A stretch of 64,000 bases of DNA, from positions 1-64,000 of the forward strand of contig NW_018408893.1 of NCBI RefSeq assembly GCF_002113885.1, in the 5' to 3' direction. Position 1 is the first letter of the stretch. Every line of letters begins with the position of its first letter. The position numbers were made by a program, and so were the translations under genes. The stretch is from Mizuhopecten yessoensis (lineage: Eukaryota). This document shows positions 40,801-52,900 of this stretch, in pieces. Below the pieces are notes generated by a model. That model was not told the origin of the DNA, did not search any database, and worked only from the letters and a program-made list of their open reading frames with translations.

Positions 40801-43800
40801 AACCAACAGAATTGCCTACAACTTGCATTATGTTATTGTATAATCGTTTCATTAAATAGTAAAAACCTTACACTACAGCACTTTATGGCACTGATATATC
40901 CCCCAAAAAGGGTTGTTGTAAGAACTTTTTACATGTTTATAGATTTCGCTATGTAGTTTTTCCTGTAAAAAACAAATCGACAGGTTGGCAAGTATGCCTC
41001 AGAAGGTAAGAAATTTCTTATATAAAACAGAATGACAAAACTTGTTTCAGAGCACATCAGGTAAATTGATAAATTTCTAGATCAAACAGGTCATTTTAAG
41101 CCATTAATATGTCTTTCTCATCACAACCATGTAGAGCGAGTGCTAACATCACTGAATAGTTGGCTTTAAAGTGCCAAATATATATGTTAAATTACTAAAT
41201 AGAATTTTTCATTTTAAATGGCTGACTGAATTAATTGTTGCGAATGGTGATTGTGCATATTAATCTAAAATTTTCAAACTTATTTTGACATCAAGGATGA
41301 TTTTGTTAAATAACATCACAGCTTGTACACTTGATGTGATCACAGGGGTACTCAATTCTCACGAGTGTCATACAGAAGCAGTTCAATATGTGACAGTTTC
41401 TGTACTTGAATGTTTGTTTGGTGGTCATACTTCTCCTCTGGCAAAACTTGGCCAGGAAGACCTTAAAACACCAATTTAATGTAGCATGCTTTTGTCCAGA
41501 TCAGCTGACCACAAATGGACAGTCAGTGACCACTCCTTGGTCTGGTCATCAGGGTCTGTTGTGTCTAAAGCATGCATGAGTTTCCTCAAGTATTAACAAT
41601 ACAGAAATTACTGTATGCATTTATCATAAAATAATAAACTTGCATGAATTCATGTTTTTAAATGCAATGCAAAAATAACAATATGAAAGTAGTAAGATGT
41701 TGATGACTAATTAACCAGTATAAGATATATAGCAAGACTCGGTTGATGAAAGATTTCAGGATGATACTAGGGTTACTCACAGAATGATAGCTAGTTATTC
41801 TGACTATCTTATAAGAATAACTGTTTAAAATTGAATAAGTTTAAAGTACAGTTTGTATTAAAAACTTCAAAATGACAAAAAAAATACAGATTTTAAATCA
41901 ACAAGAGTAAAGTGAAAAACATGACAACCAATTATCACAGGGTATACGTCAGACCCTTTCTTTCTAAACATTACGAAAAACATATTTGCACACCGCTTCA
42001 GTTTCCAACTGGAGAACGGAATCATGACATCAGAATAACAGCTAAATTTGATATGCCTTTTACATGACAAACTTTCATCATCTAGCTACAACAATTCATT
42101 TCAGTTTAGTACCAGATGAAAATTTTAATCTGACCTGGTCATTGTTTTAACAAAGTTTTCAGCAATATTTCAGATCAGATGGGAATATTTCAAAATTGAC
42201 CATCACATGTCGAATTTTGGAAATTCCAATGCTAACCAAGAGAGTATTTTGCTTTTACTTGACAACAAACATGTAATTTGGAGTAGCAGAGAAATGTATG
42301 AGGTTCGTATGATCATGTCAAGTCACACAGCTAACATGTACTATCAAATATGTATTAATAAAGGTAGGATTTAAACAGATTCTGTGACATACTTCATCTC
42401 TGGTTAAATGGACTGTTATTCATTATTATGAAGATGAAACATACCGTGTGAACTAGTTATGAAAGGGAACTCTAATCAAGTTCCATTATCAAACACAGTG
42501 AAATCTGTCTAGAAAATAACTTGCGTTGATTAATATGCATTTTCTCTTCATGAATACTCAACAAGAATTTCATGGTTGCAATATACCCACATTATATAAC
42601 AATAATCTTTATTAGAAACAACTAAAATCTGATTTCAATGATGATCAGTAAGTATTCACAGCAAATAATAATAACAGTAACTCCTAAAGTTTGTTTTCTT
42701 CCTTTGAGCTAAATAAGGAAATAAGGCTGTTGTAGGTTTACCTGGATACATTGTTGTGAAAGTCTACACCCTCGAACAGGGAGTCTACAGCACAGGACGC
42801 ATTATCAAGGGTTGATAGTGTGTGTTTACACCGCTCTGCTGCCATGTTGAGTTTACTGAGAGACCGTCGACTCTCTGTAACATCGAGTTTGTACTGTCTG
42901 AAACACCAACAAATACAATGACAGATACAGGCAACAAAACACTGGGTCACGTATTCTCTCCAGTCCATTTTAGTGAAGCAGTAGTGCTGTAAAGTTAAAA
43001 TTCAAAATTTGATTACTTATAAATTGACTGTTTTTTTATAATTTTCTTAATAGAAGACTTAATTGTTAATTTTGTAATTTACATAATTCATTTAAATAAA
43101 ATCTTAGTAAAACATTTTGTAAAAGTATGAATATCTTTTTCTGAAGATCAAAATTTATGAGAATGGGTTAATTACCTGAAGAATTCTGTTGCTAAGTAGT
43201 CTGTTAGGGCCTTGGTAAACTTTGTACCCGATAGCTGGGTACTGTTGACGGAGCCCATGATGCGATACAGACCATTGTGCTCCTTTACTACCGACACGCT
43301 GCTCGACTCTCCGCCCAAGCGGAATACCAACGTACAACTGAAATTAATAATAATTTGAGGTTCTTATATACCGCTTTATCACAACCTAGTTCGTAGGTCG
43401 TCTCAAAGCGGTGCACAAATTATTATCCGTGGTTATAGGGCCTTTGCAACCAGCCAATACCTTTTTCAGCTTCCTTTGGGAGCATACAGCCGGAGCTGCC
43501 ATTTCGGCACTAACAGCTAGCATTCAACAATTCTAGTACTGCCCAACCATGTACTCATTTACAGCTGAGTAAACTGGAACAAGTGGAGTAAAGTATCTTG
43601 CTCAAGGATACAACACAGTGCTGTGCCGTGCCGTGACTCGAACACTCAACCCTTCGGTCACGAGCCCGGCGTCCTACCACAAGACTACCGTGCCTCCAAT
43701 GTGTAGCACATAAATCAATAATACTCATCATTACATCTGTAGCCATTTTCCTGACCTTGAAAATCTGAAGACAATTTTCACCTGAAGAGAAACCTTGGTA

Positions 43801-46800
43801 GAATATCAGGTTAAAGTATGAACCTTTTATCATTATAGGACATTTAGGTCTATGGCAATAAATAGCAGAACTACTGCATATTGATAACATTTAATTATAC
43901 TTATAATGACAGTTTTCATTATCAAGGAGAAAGCAGCTCTATGTGCGACATTCTTTCAGCTTTATAACTGGTAAATATTTATTTATCAACAACAATCTGT
44001 TCATAGATAAAGTATGACTGTATGAAAGTTTATAAGCAAGTGGCCCATGGACCAGTGACTTTAGTAAGATTTTTATCAGATGAGTCCATGTCATTCTTTT
44101 GAAAAATGAATTTACATTGATAGGAAATAATGTGGGTTTTCAAAATGTTGGCGAGTCCCAAGGAAAAGCATGCGTACAGGACTCAAATATTTGTGTCCAG
44201 ACAACAACTGATGGACCTTAGCTTATTGCCGAAATTATTGAAACTGCCTCGGTATAATATCAGAAAGGTTTCAGTTGGAAATAAATTTTCAAGATGGCTT
44301 CAACCTGAAACCCCTTGTCACAAGGATGCTTGTAGGAAAATATTTATTAAAATTTGTCTGGTACACAATTCATGAATTTTACCTATATATCGAAGGTAAA
44401 GTTTGCCTCCTTGGCAGGGTCACATTTCGAGTTAAAGGATCTAGTTTGATATGAGGGTTTTTCATTCCCTGCCTTTTACAAATTCTAGTGAATACTTTGA
44501 AAAGTTGTGAAAAATTACCACTTTTGTAGTACAACACGAGGAAACAAGGAAAGCTTCTTGTGAAAAGGTTTTAAGATTTGACTTATTACCCATTTTGGCC
44601 AGTCAAACAATTTTGAGATGATACACTTTATGGTTTTCCTCTATATATCCCTATGTATATGTTGACCCCTTGATGCAGCTCCATATGGGGCTGGGGACTT
44701 AATATGAATATATTTAAGTACCTTACACTCTGCCATTACACTTACTTAAAAAGGAAGTTCCTTCCTACCACTGAAATAGCCTTACCCTGGTATTTATGGT
44801 ACTCAGCAGAAGGTTCCTTCCTACCACTGAAATAGCCTTACCCTGGTATTTATGGTACTCAGCGGAGGTTTTTCTAAATTGTCTATCATTACATCTGTCA
44901 AGCCCACCGCTTTTATCTCATGAAGGGAAGGGCATGTAGTGAGATCCCTTATCCCAATGATGTTTCATATAAAATCTGGTTGAAATCTGTTAAGTGGTTT
45001 CACAGAAGTCAGAAATGTGAAAAGTTTAAACATGACGAGCAAATATGGATGAAAATATCTCATTTGTACCTTAAGTTCAGGTAAATTTAAACTTCAAAAG
45101 CTGATTTTCAAATGCTTGTAAGTAACAATTGTGACATTTTATCCTAATGTTGAAGTATATGTGGGTGAAGATAGCATTTTTACCTTTCCGTTTTGTTGTC
45201 CAACTGTCCGACATCGTATGCCATGAGAGCTGCAAGAGGCTCCTTGATTATCCGAAGAATGTTAAAACCACCCGAGGCTGCAGCATCACTAGTATAAAAT
45301 ACACAACCAATTAGCCATCGCTGACTCAGACAACATTATAGAAATAGGCTTGATTTAAAATGTTTTAGTGCATATCTTTAAATTCACAGAAACAATATTG
45401 AGATTTAAGCAACAAATATTTCTGTGATTTCATTTTATATTTGAAAAGTTACATTATAATTAACCATCATAATGGAACAGCATTAGATGCAGATTTTGCT
45501 GAATTCACAAATGATGCAAATGTTTTTTTTTAGAAAATTCTTAAAAAATGATATCTGAAAAGTAACAGAGTGGGTTGTACTGAAAAGTAACAGAGTGGGT
45601 TGTACTGAAAAGTAACAGAGTGGGTTGTATTATGTGGTTTCAATGTGTTGACATGATCACCTGGTGGCGGCTATCTGTTCCTCTGTGAAGTCTGTAGGCA
45701 CTGTCAAAACAGAATCATGAATGTCTCCATCCCCGTGACTTTTGGCAATACCTAAAAGAGAAACAAAGATTCAGAGAATGAATGACAGATCTTCATTACT
45801 TCCTTATAACATTAATTATCCTTAATGTCTTAATTATTTCTCTGCATTTATAGGTACAATGTATACTGTACGTCATTATCAGTAAACTGATATAAATGAT
45901 AGATCTGAAAGCACCAACCAATTTTATTTGTCTGAAAAATCTTTTGATGCTGAAATCTAGTAAAGAACTTAAAGACACATTTTAAAATAAGAAACAAAAT
46001 TGGTGAGTTAGGGCTCACAGATATATCTCCTCAGGAAAGGGTTGATGTGTTTACTTGTGGCAGTAGCATGGTTTAAAATAACTCTGCAACACTTTCACAT
46101 CTTAGACAGCTACACTATAAATGCAGACAACTACACTTATGCCAGATGTGTTAAAGCATTTGAAGGGTTTGACTGATCAAGTGTCCTGTACACACACTTC
46201 TCACTATGGATAGAGGCATCATAAGCCCATCTCCATTTCTTTGATTCAGCAAACAATATGGCCCTCTGGGCTTACTACATGATTCAAAGGATATACAGTC
46301 ATAATTCTTAATCTCTTACCCATCATTGTTTTGAACACTGCCTCGGCCACAGTTCCTGGACTGACAAGAGTTGTCTTTCCTTTGAATTCCACTTGAAAGT
46401 GGGGCTCACCTTTATTAGGCACTACCTACATTGAATGACAAATGAAAAGGAGACATGATTTTGTCTGGGTATGTAAATAGAGCAATGGACAAGTAATCAA
46501 GTCCCTGGGTTGACTCCTCGCTATCAGAAACACCTGTAAAAAGTTATCTTGGTTATAATCTAATAGCAGTTTATACAACAAACAATACGCAAAAACACTG
46601 GTGTGCTGTTCAGACTAGAGGGTACTAGGTAGTTGATATCCCTTTTATGACAGATGCGAAATTTCAGCTGTTTCCACCAAAATTTACCAAACTTACACTG
46701 GGATAAAGTTGGCATATATATACTACTGATTCACTTTCATACAAGAAGTATACATGCCCCCCTTAATGTACCATGTGACCGCCAAATCACATGACTTCTA

Positions 46801-49684
46801 TTCCAGAAACTTGTGTCTCGGAAATGACGTATGAATACCGTGACTTTGTCACAGTCTTCAATGAATACCATGACTTTGTCACAGTCTTGAATGAATACCA
46901 TGACTTTGTCACAGTGTCAATGAATACTATGACTTTGTCACAGTGTCAATGAATACCATGACTTTGTCACAGTCTTCAATGAATACCATGACTTTGTCAC
47001 AGTGTCAATGAATACCACGACTTTGTCACAGTCTTCAATGAATACCATGACTTTGTCAGTCTTCAATGAATACCATGACTTTGTCAGTCTTCAATGAATA
47101 CCACGACTCTGTCATGCTTCAATGAATACCATGACTTTGTCACAGTGTCAATGAATACCATGACTTTGTCACAGCGTCAATAAATACCACAACTCTGTCA
47201 CAGTCTGCTGCTCATGCCTATAGATTGCTTTTTTTGTACTTCCCGTTACCATATATCTGTTAAAATTGTTGGTGTACATGGAAAGAATGATATATTTTCC
47301 CTTAATTAATGTAGCATGAAAAGTCAACAGTTACACAATTGTCCATCCCTTTACCTTAACTGCATAAGCATCTTTGTAAGACTGCAATTCTGGATCCTCC
47401 ATGGAACGACCAAGAACCTTCTTCACACAAGGGATTGTATTCTGGGTATTCCTGATATAGGCCTGTTTGGCAGCCATGCCAACTGCCTAAAAACAAATGT
47501 TGTTATACTCAATATTGAAAAAGTATATTGCAATAAGAATTCAGCATGGCAACTGCCTATATTGCCAGTATCAACAGTGCAGTGAATATGGAAAATACAT
47601 TGCATGTTATAACAAGTATGTAGTCAAAGTGGAATAGGGATTAGAGCTCGGACTGAAAATTCACTAGCAGATTAACATGTGAAGACAAGTCCAAGCAGAT
47701 TTTAGGCATAATCCACAACATTTCTTTCATACAGCATAACAACCTATATTAGATGGAAAGTTGTCATAATATTAATGACTTTATCGTCTGATGTAAAAGT
47801 TGTAAAACTGAAGCCAGATCATGTGTAAAATAGCTGGGAATTACTCTAGATAGGTTTTTATCTGGCTAATCCATCGCTAATTAATACTATCATTACTTAA
47901 GTAAATCAAAGGTTAAAATTTTTGAACAGAATAAGTTGTTGTCTTTCTCCACAAACCAGGAAACTATATGTTCTGCATTAATAGTGTCACTTTGATTATG
48001 CATGTTCTTCATGGTATGAAGGTCTTTCAATGAAGCTCAAATATAAGTTACAAGTAGCTCAAACTGAAGTAATTAGATTCATTTCAAATCTTCATCAGAA
48101 AAAGTGTGACATTTTTAGAATTTTAGAACTAGTTTCTTTAAAAATTTGTGACCAAGTTAGACAATTAAGACTGAATCATGTTTTTAATATTTTTCAAGGA
48201 AAGTGTCCAGACTATATATATATGAACCATGGTTTTACACCTCAAGCTTCAACCCATTTTACTAGATCTAAGCAATTTGGTTTTTGTATTCCTGCTATCA
48301 AAGGGGTATTAGCTTCAACTTTTTATTATATAATAGTGTGAAGGACTGAAATATGCTTCCTGGCAATATAAAGCAAATTTCAAAGAAAGGACTTTAAAAA
48401 CTCATGAGAAGAAACTTGTATTTTATGGAAACTGCAAAGGACAATCACAAAAATGACTTTTTATTCTAAAAGAACAAATGTAATTTGTATTAGATTGTCC
48501 ATTGTTGTTTTGATTAACTGTGATATCCTAAATATGTATTTGCCAATATTGTTTATAAAATTGCCTTAACCTTGACGTGCTCGTTTATGGACCCCATTGG
48601 ATTTTTTTATGTGTTATCCAAGGGCAACTGTTTATTTAACTTACTGTGACTACTAGTACAGTCTATGTCTTATGTTTGTTTGTATTTTTGTACCACTTGT
48701 GTAATTGTAATGCCTTTTACCTGAATAAACATTATTATTATGATTGAGGAAAACACCAACAGACAAATGTTTTTCTTCAATCGGATTAAGCTAAAATTAA
48801 AGCATAACATCTTTTCGTTCCTTATTTTAAATGTTTCCTAAAAAAGTTATAACGTGCAATAAATCTTATTCACAGCAACTTATTTGATATATTTACCCAT
48901 GCATATACCATTTAAAACTTAAGCTGACAGGGAAATTGTATGATGGATTGAGAGGTGGAAATGCACTAGATCACATAAAAGATTACAAGCTACTTTGTCT
49001 TGGGCGATATAGCTTTTGAAGCGAACATATCTTTTGGGATATATAAACGAGGCGTTAAGGTTTTTAAGGGGAAATTGGTTGGAATGGGGTGATGTGAAAC
49101 AAACTTGTGGCATACAGCTTTTGGGCGAATCATCTGACACCCTGCCCAACCTGTTAAAAGTGGCATAATGAGTACAGGTACTTACCTGTTCTAAATCAGT
49201 ATAGGCCACCATAGACGGTGTCGTTCTGTCTCCCAGGTCATTTGCAACAACATCAGTCTTCCCATCCTACAAAAAGTTTCTTACTCTTTAACAAAACACG
49301 CAATATAACTGAGCAACAATTACTAGTAAATGACAGTAAAAGGAATCAAATATTTTAAATGAGTGAAATCTTTAAGTTTTAAAATTTGAAAATAAATATT
49401 CAGTTATTGTTCTACATTACTTTGTGAAATGGCATAACATTCTTCAACACCATTCGAATGCACCCTATCATTCCCATCCCAAATCATTGTATTTGCACGT
49501 GCACATGTTGTGGGGATCCCAGTCGTATTCTAGATATCTTTTAGTTCAAATAATTAGCAAACTTATTCAAATGGGTATATGAGTATTTGATTAAAACGAC
49601 ATATATTCAGCGTTAACGATAATTAACCTTAAAAACAGCCAAACAAGCTGACGAGCTTCCAAAGTGTACACCGAAGGCTGCCAT
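34841..49684 (-). CDS. HSPA14: Heat shock 70 kDa protein 14 (Hsp70L1, ribosome-associated complex subunit), 14 exons, 507 aa
   Basis: Exons 49628-49684, 49186-49266, 47355-47486, 46320-46425, 45661-45751, 45184-45288, 43176-43337, 42742-42897, 38070-38172, 37675-37803, 36523-36615, 36131-36301, 35479-35537, 34841-34919. Phases are all consistent, total 1524 nt. Reads [36 protein letters not shown]...LRIIKEPLAA...FRLGG...CGGGAKMP...EGSLHVTCREETSNKTESVMVEVCS*. The GVH phosphate loop and truncated lidless C-terminus are characteristic of HSPA14. Confidence 0.96.
36745..36951 (-). mobile_element. tRNA-derived SINE, same family as 54160-54390
   Basis: GGTGGCCAAGTGGTTAAGGCG head, GGATTCGAGGCC B box, core ggtcggtggtttttctctgggaactccggc, (aaac)n tail. 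Confidence 0.85.
38344..38499 (-). ncRNA. Putative box H/ACA snoRNA, divergent copy A (HSPA14 intron 8, sense)
   Basis: GCATG...CATGC 5' hairpin, H box AAAGGA (38415-38410), 3' hairpin AGGTG/CACCT with upper stem TCTCC/GGAGA, ACA (38349-38347) 14 nt from the upper stem. Confidence 0.7.
39127..39290 (-). ncRNA. Putative box H/ACA snoRNA, copy B
   Basis: GCATGCTTG...CAAGCATGC, H box ACATTA, TTGGTG/CACCAA hairpin, ACA. Confidence 0.6.
40281..40444 (-). ncRNA. Putative box H/ACA snoRNA, copy C
   Basis: Same architecture as copies B and D. Confidence 0.6.
41412..41575 (-). ncRNA. Putative box H/ACA snoRNA, copy D
   Basis: GCATGCTTT...AAAGCATGC, H box ACATTA (41482-41477), 3' hairpin TGGTG/CACCA with TCTTCCTGGC/GCCAGAGGAGA, ACA (41417-41415) 14 nt from the upper stem. 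Confidence 0.65.
43343..43697 (-). mobile_element. Full-length tRNA-derived SINE (second family) with (ATT)n tail
   Basis: Head GGAGGCACGGTAGTCTTGTGGTAGGACG...TGTTCGAGTCAC, core ccttgagcaagatacttta, tail gcggtatataagaacctcaaattattatt. Confidence 0.8.
44390..45090 (-). mobile_element. Degenerate HINE-like element
   Basis: Segments resemble 32500-32660 (aatgtgaaaagttt...catttgtaccttaagttcaggtaaat); contains an internal ~56-bp duplication near 44756-44870. Confidence 0.45.
45555..45629. repeat. 25-bp tandem repeat x3
   Basis: Unit ctgaaaagtaacagagtgggttgta. Confidence 0.9.
46830..47205. repeat. ~29-30-bp minisatellite, ~12 copies (HSPA14 intron 3)
   Basis: Unit atgaataccatgactttgtcacagtcttca or gtgtca variant. 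Confidence 0.92.
47800..48741 (+). mobile_element. 5'-truncated CR1/L2-group LINE relic, antisense in HSPA14 intron 2
   Basis: Frameshifted ORF2 C-terminus HFDYACSSWYEGLSMKLKYKLQVAQ...LRLNHVFNIFQGKCPDY...STFYY, ending aataaacattattatta. Confidence 0.75.
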
Positions 49685-49981
49685 GTTTTAAATCTCGTCT
49701 CTTTTCGAGATTAACCCCCTGATGACCCAATGAACTGTCACAACCCGGAAGTAGTGTTTCCACCAATCACAGAGCGACAAATGTACATGTGCTTCCTACA
49801 GGACACGTAATTTTTACCGGCATCTACGTACACGTTCAGTTTGTATGAAAAATAACAGACTCCATAGAATTAAGAAATCATTGATTAGTGAGAACTGTTG
49901 TCGTGACAAACGGAGCAGTTTAAAGGACATATCATACGACGAAATAATTAAGAAACGAATAGGCCTATAATTGCTGAAGAA
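49685..49981. promoter_or_regulatory. Bidirectional promoter shared by HSPA14 and MANF/CDNF
   Basis: 297 bp between divergent ATGs; ETS-type CCGGAAGT at 49745-49752; CCAAT boxes at 49727 and 49763. Confidence 0.8.
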
Positions 49982-52900
49982 ATGATGGGGATTCAGAAAT
50001 TGTTGCTGTGTCTGACAGTTATCGCGTGGTGCGTTGTCAATGTCAATGGGAAGTACAGACCAGAAGAATGTGAAGGTAATTTGAGTGTGGCGAGACCATG
50101 TCTGGGTAGACCCATTATTTAATGGACAATAAGAAGGCATTATCATTAGGGAACAATGGTGTCAGTTTTGTCCACTCGGTGGTAAGTTGCCAGTCGCTTC
50201 AGTATCTGTCCAAGACGTTTCGGAGGAATATATGAATTAGCTTGTGATTTCCTTAGTTTCCGTACTTTATAAATATTACTTTCTCTTAAGTAAACCCGTA
50301 CCAACTTTGTTTGGTGTACGTTTGTATGGGACCGAAACGTCTAGAATTCTCTATCTGACAGGGGTGTCAGACGTTTCGCCCTAAAACCGTTACGCCCCAA
50401 ATTTGATTCATATCGCCCAAACCAGTTCGTCCCAAAAAAAACATTACACCCCAAATAGTTCGCCCCAAAACAATATAGCGCCCCGTTCCTAAAAAAAATA
50501 AACAACTAATCCATGTTTTCATGTGCTATTATAAAGAAAATATTTCTTTTAGGTATATGTACATCTTGTCATCAAACGTTGATGCCTGTAGCTATTAAAC
50601 ATGTTATTTGTGACTCCAGGAAATCTCCAAATTAGCACTTGTACAAAATAAATAATAAAACCTTCAGAATTTGTATCAATTTTATCTTTGCAGCATGTGT
50701 GAACTTCATAAAGACATTTGATGAAACTTTATCAGCTGATGCACGCAAAAGTATGGATTCCATCAAGACAGAATTAATAGACTTTTGTGAAAACACCAAA
50801 GTAAAAGAATATGAAAGAATTGTAAGTATAAATATTAAAAAACACATCTTAAATGTGGGTTAGTAACATTTCTAACTGTAGCTGGAATAATGTATACAAT
50901 AGTTTTAACAGAGCACGTTTACTCTAGTGGTAAAAACTTCTTTATAATTCATACAAAATAAACATGTAAATAATATTATACACTAATACTTACTCATGCA
51001 CCTGGTAAGGCCAGACAAAAAATATATATATGTGTTTCCTGTAACCTGTAAAATTTAAGGTAGGTAGGTAACAAATTGTATTTCAAAAACTAATTATACC
51101 CCCACAACGAAGTTTGGGGGGGGGGGTATACTGGAATCACCCTGTCTGGATGTCTGTCTGTCGTCCGCAGTAACTTGTCCGGAAAACTCCTCCTTAATTA
51201 ACAGGTGGATTTCATTGAAACTTTGCATGAATTATCAGTATCTTATGTAGTTGTGCAATGGCATGCATTTTAATTTGGGACTTCAACCCTTTTTGATGGA
51301 GTTATGCCCCTTTGTGCAAAATACTTGTACGCGCAACTCCTCCTTAATGGACAGGTGGATTTCATTAAAACTTTGCTAAATGATCCATATCTTATGGAGT
51401 TGTGCACCAGCATTTTAATTTAGGATTTCAACCATTTTTCATGGAGTTATGCCCCTTTGTGCGAAATACTTGTTTATTTTTCTGTTATTTTATTTTTTTG
51501 TTTTTATATAAAATAGTGATTAACTCATTACTGGTGAGAAACTATATTGCTTTGCATTAGTAAGCCTTAATCTTACAGTTCTGTTTTATATAGTAGCGGG
51601 GGTATTAGTTAGCCTTTGGCTTACAGTTCTAGTTTTATATGGTTTATATTGAAGTGATCTTGACTTTAACTGTGCTTCTTTGAAAATTCCCTTAGAAAGT
51701 TTATGGTAGACACAAAAAATAATGGTAGGTACGGTTACCAGAAACACCAATTTTTTTTTGTTTGGCCTTAAGAAGGATTGCTCTCATCAATATCTTGCCT
51801 ACTACGAGTGCTGTGTTGACTTATGCTCCTTTATGGACTTGTCGAAACAGTGTTCGCTCGATATCTCAAGTAATTATTAACGGATTAACTTCAAACTTCA
51901 CAACAAGGTTAATTACCATGAAACCTCGGACAAGTTCGATAACCGCCATTATCCGACCGTAATTATTGGAGTTATTCCCCTTGGTTTCATTAATGCGATG
52001 CATGTGTTCCATGATGTTGAATTGCACTCATTGATCTACCAGTTATGTTGAATGATTTCTCTTTCAATATCAATTACTCACAAATACTTCATATATTTCA
52101 ATCATACAAACAACTGCTCATTCAATGTGTGACGGGCGTATTATATACCGCTCGCGGTAACCTTGTTAACACTTTCAATACCACTTACCGGTTTTAATCT
52201 TTGCGTTAGAACTATTGAGACTAGTGTCACGTCATTCTGTAATTGACAGTGACACTGTTCGTCTTCTTGAATTTCATTGACATTGCCATCACCAGAACTG
52301 TCTGTTTCACTAGCTTCACCATTATTTACCACAGAAAAAAATCTTCATACAAAAAATATTGACACGTTGACAATTATCAGTATGTTTTTAAAGCGCAACA
52401 ACAACCCTGCGAAGATGGTTTAAAGTAAAATGAACATAGGCAACAATTTTCAGAATTAATTTATACAACATGCTGATTTTTGGTTTCATGAAATTGGTAA
52501 CAATTTTCAGAATTTTAAACTTAATATAGGGAAAATAGGTAAATTACACTTGGAATGGGGTCAATTACTGACTAAAATTAGTGACTTTTTTTTTTTAGAA
52601 TAAGGGATTTGAGCTGGGGGCATAATTGATATGCAAATAAGAAGTATAGTGCTGTTTTGTGTTATACATATTTTAGCTTGTACATGTATAATGCATTATA
52701 TTTATATTGTAGTGTTACTACATTGGAGGACTGAAGACTTCCGCTACAGCAATACTCAATGAGATCACACGACCGCTGACCTTTAATAAGCCGGCCGAGA
52801 AGATTTGTGAAGTACTTGACAAAAAAGATTCCCAGATTTGTGAAGTAAAAATAAGTAAGTTTTAGATTGTTTGCTCTTCTATAACAAAACATGATTGATA

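Larger units (their letters stand above)
38936..41575. repeat. ~1.14 kb tandem duplication (2 full units plus a partial third) with flanking ~90-bp repeats
   Basis: ttctcacgagtgtcatacagaagc recurs at 39073, 40225 and 41356 with near-identical intervening sequence; ~90-bp subrepeats at 38936, 39027, 39117. Confidence 0.92.

Noticed and set aside
41525-41552. CTGATGA in the intronic repeat as a hammerhead or C/D box
   Set aside because: No downstream GAAA core, and the motif is altered in copy A; H/ACA architecture explains the conservation better.
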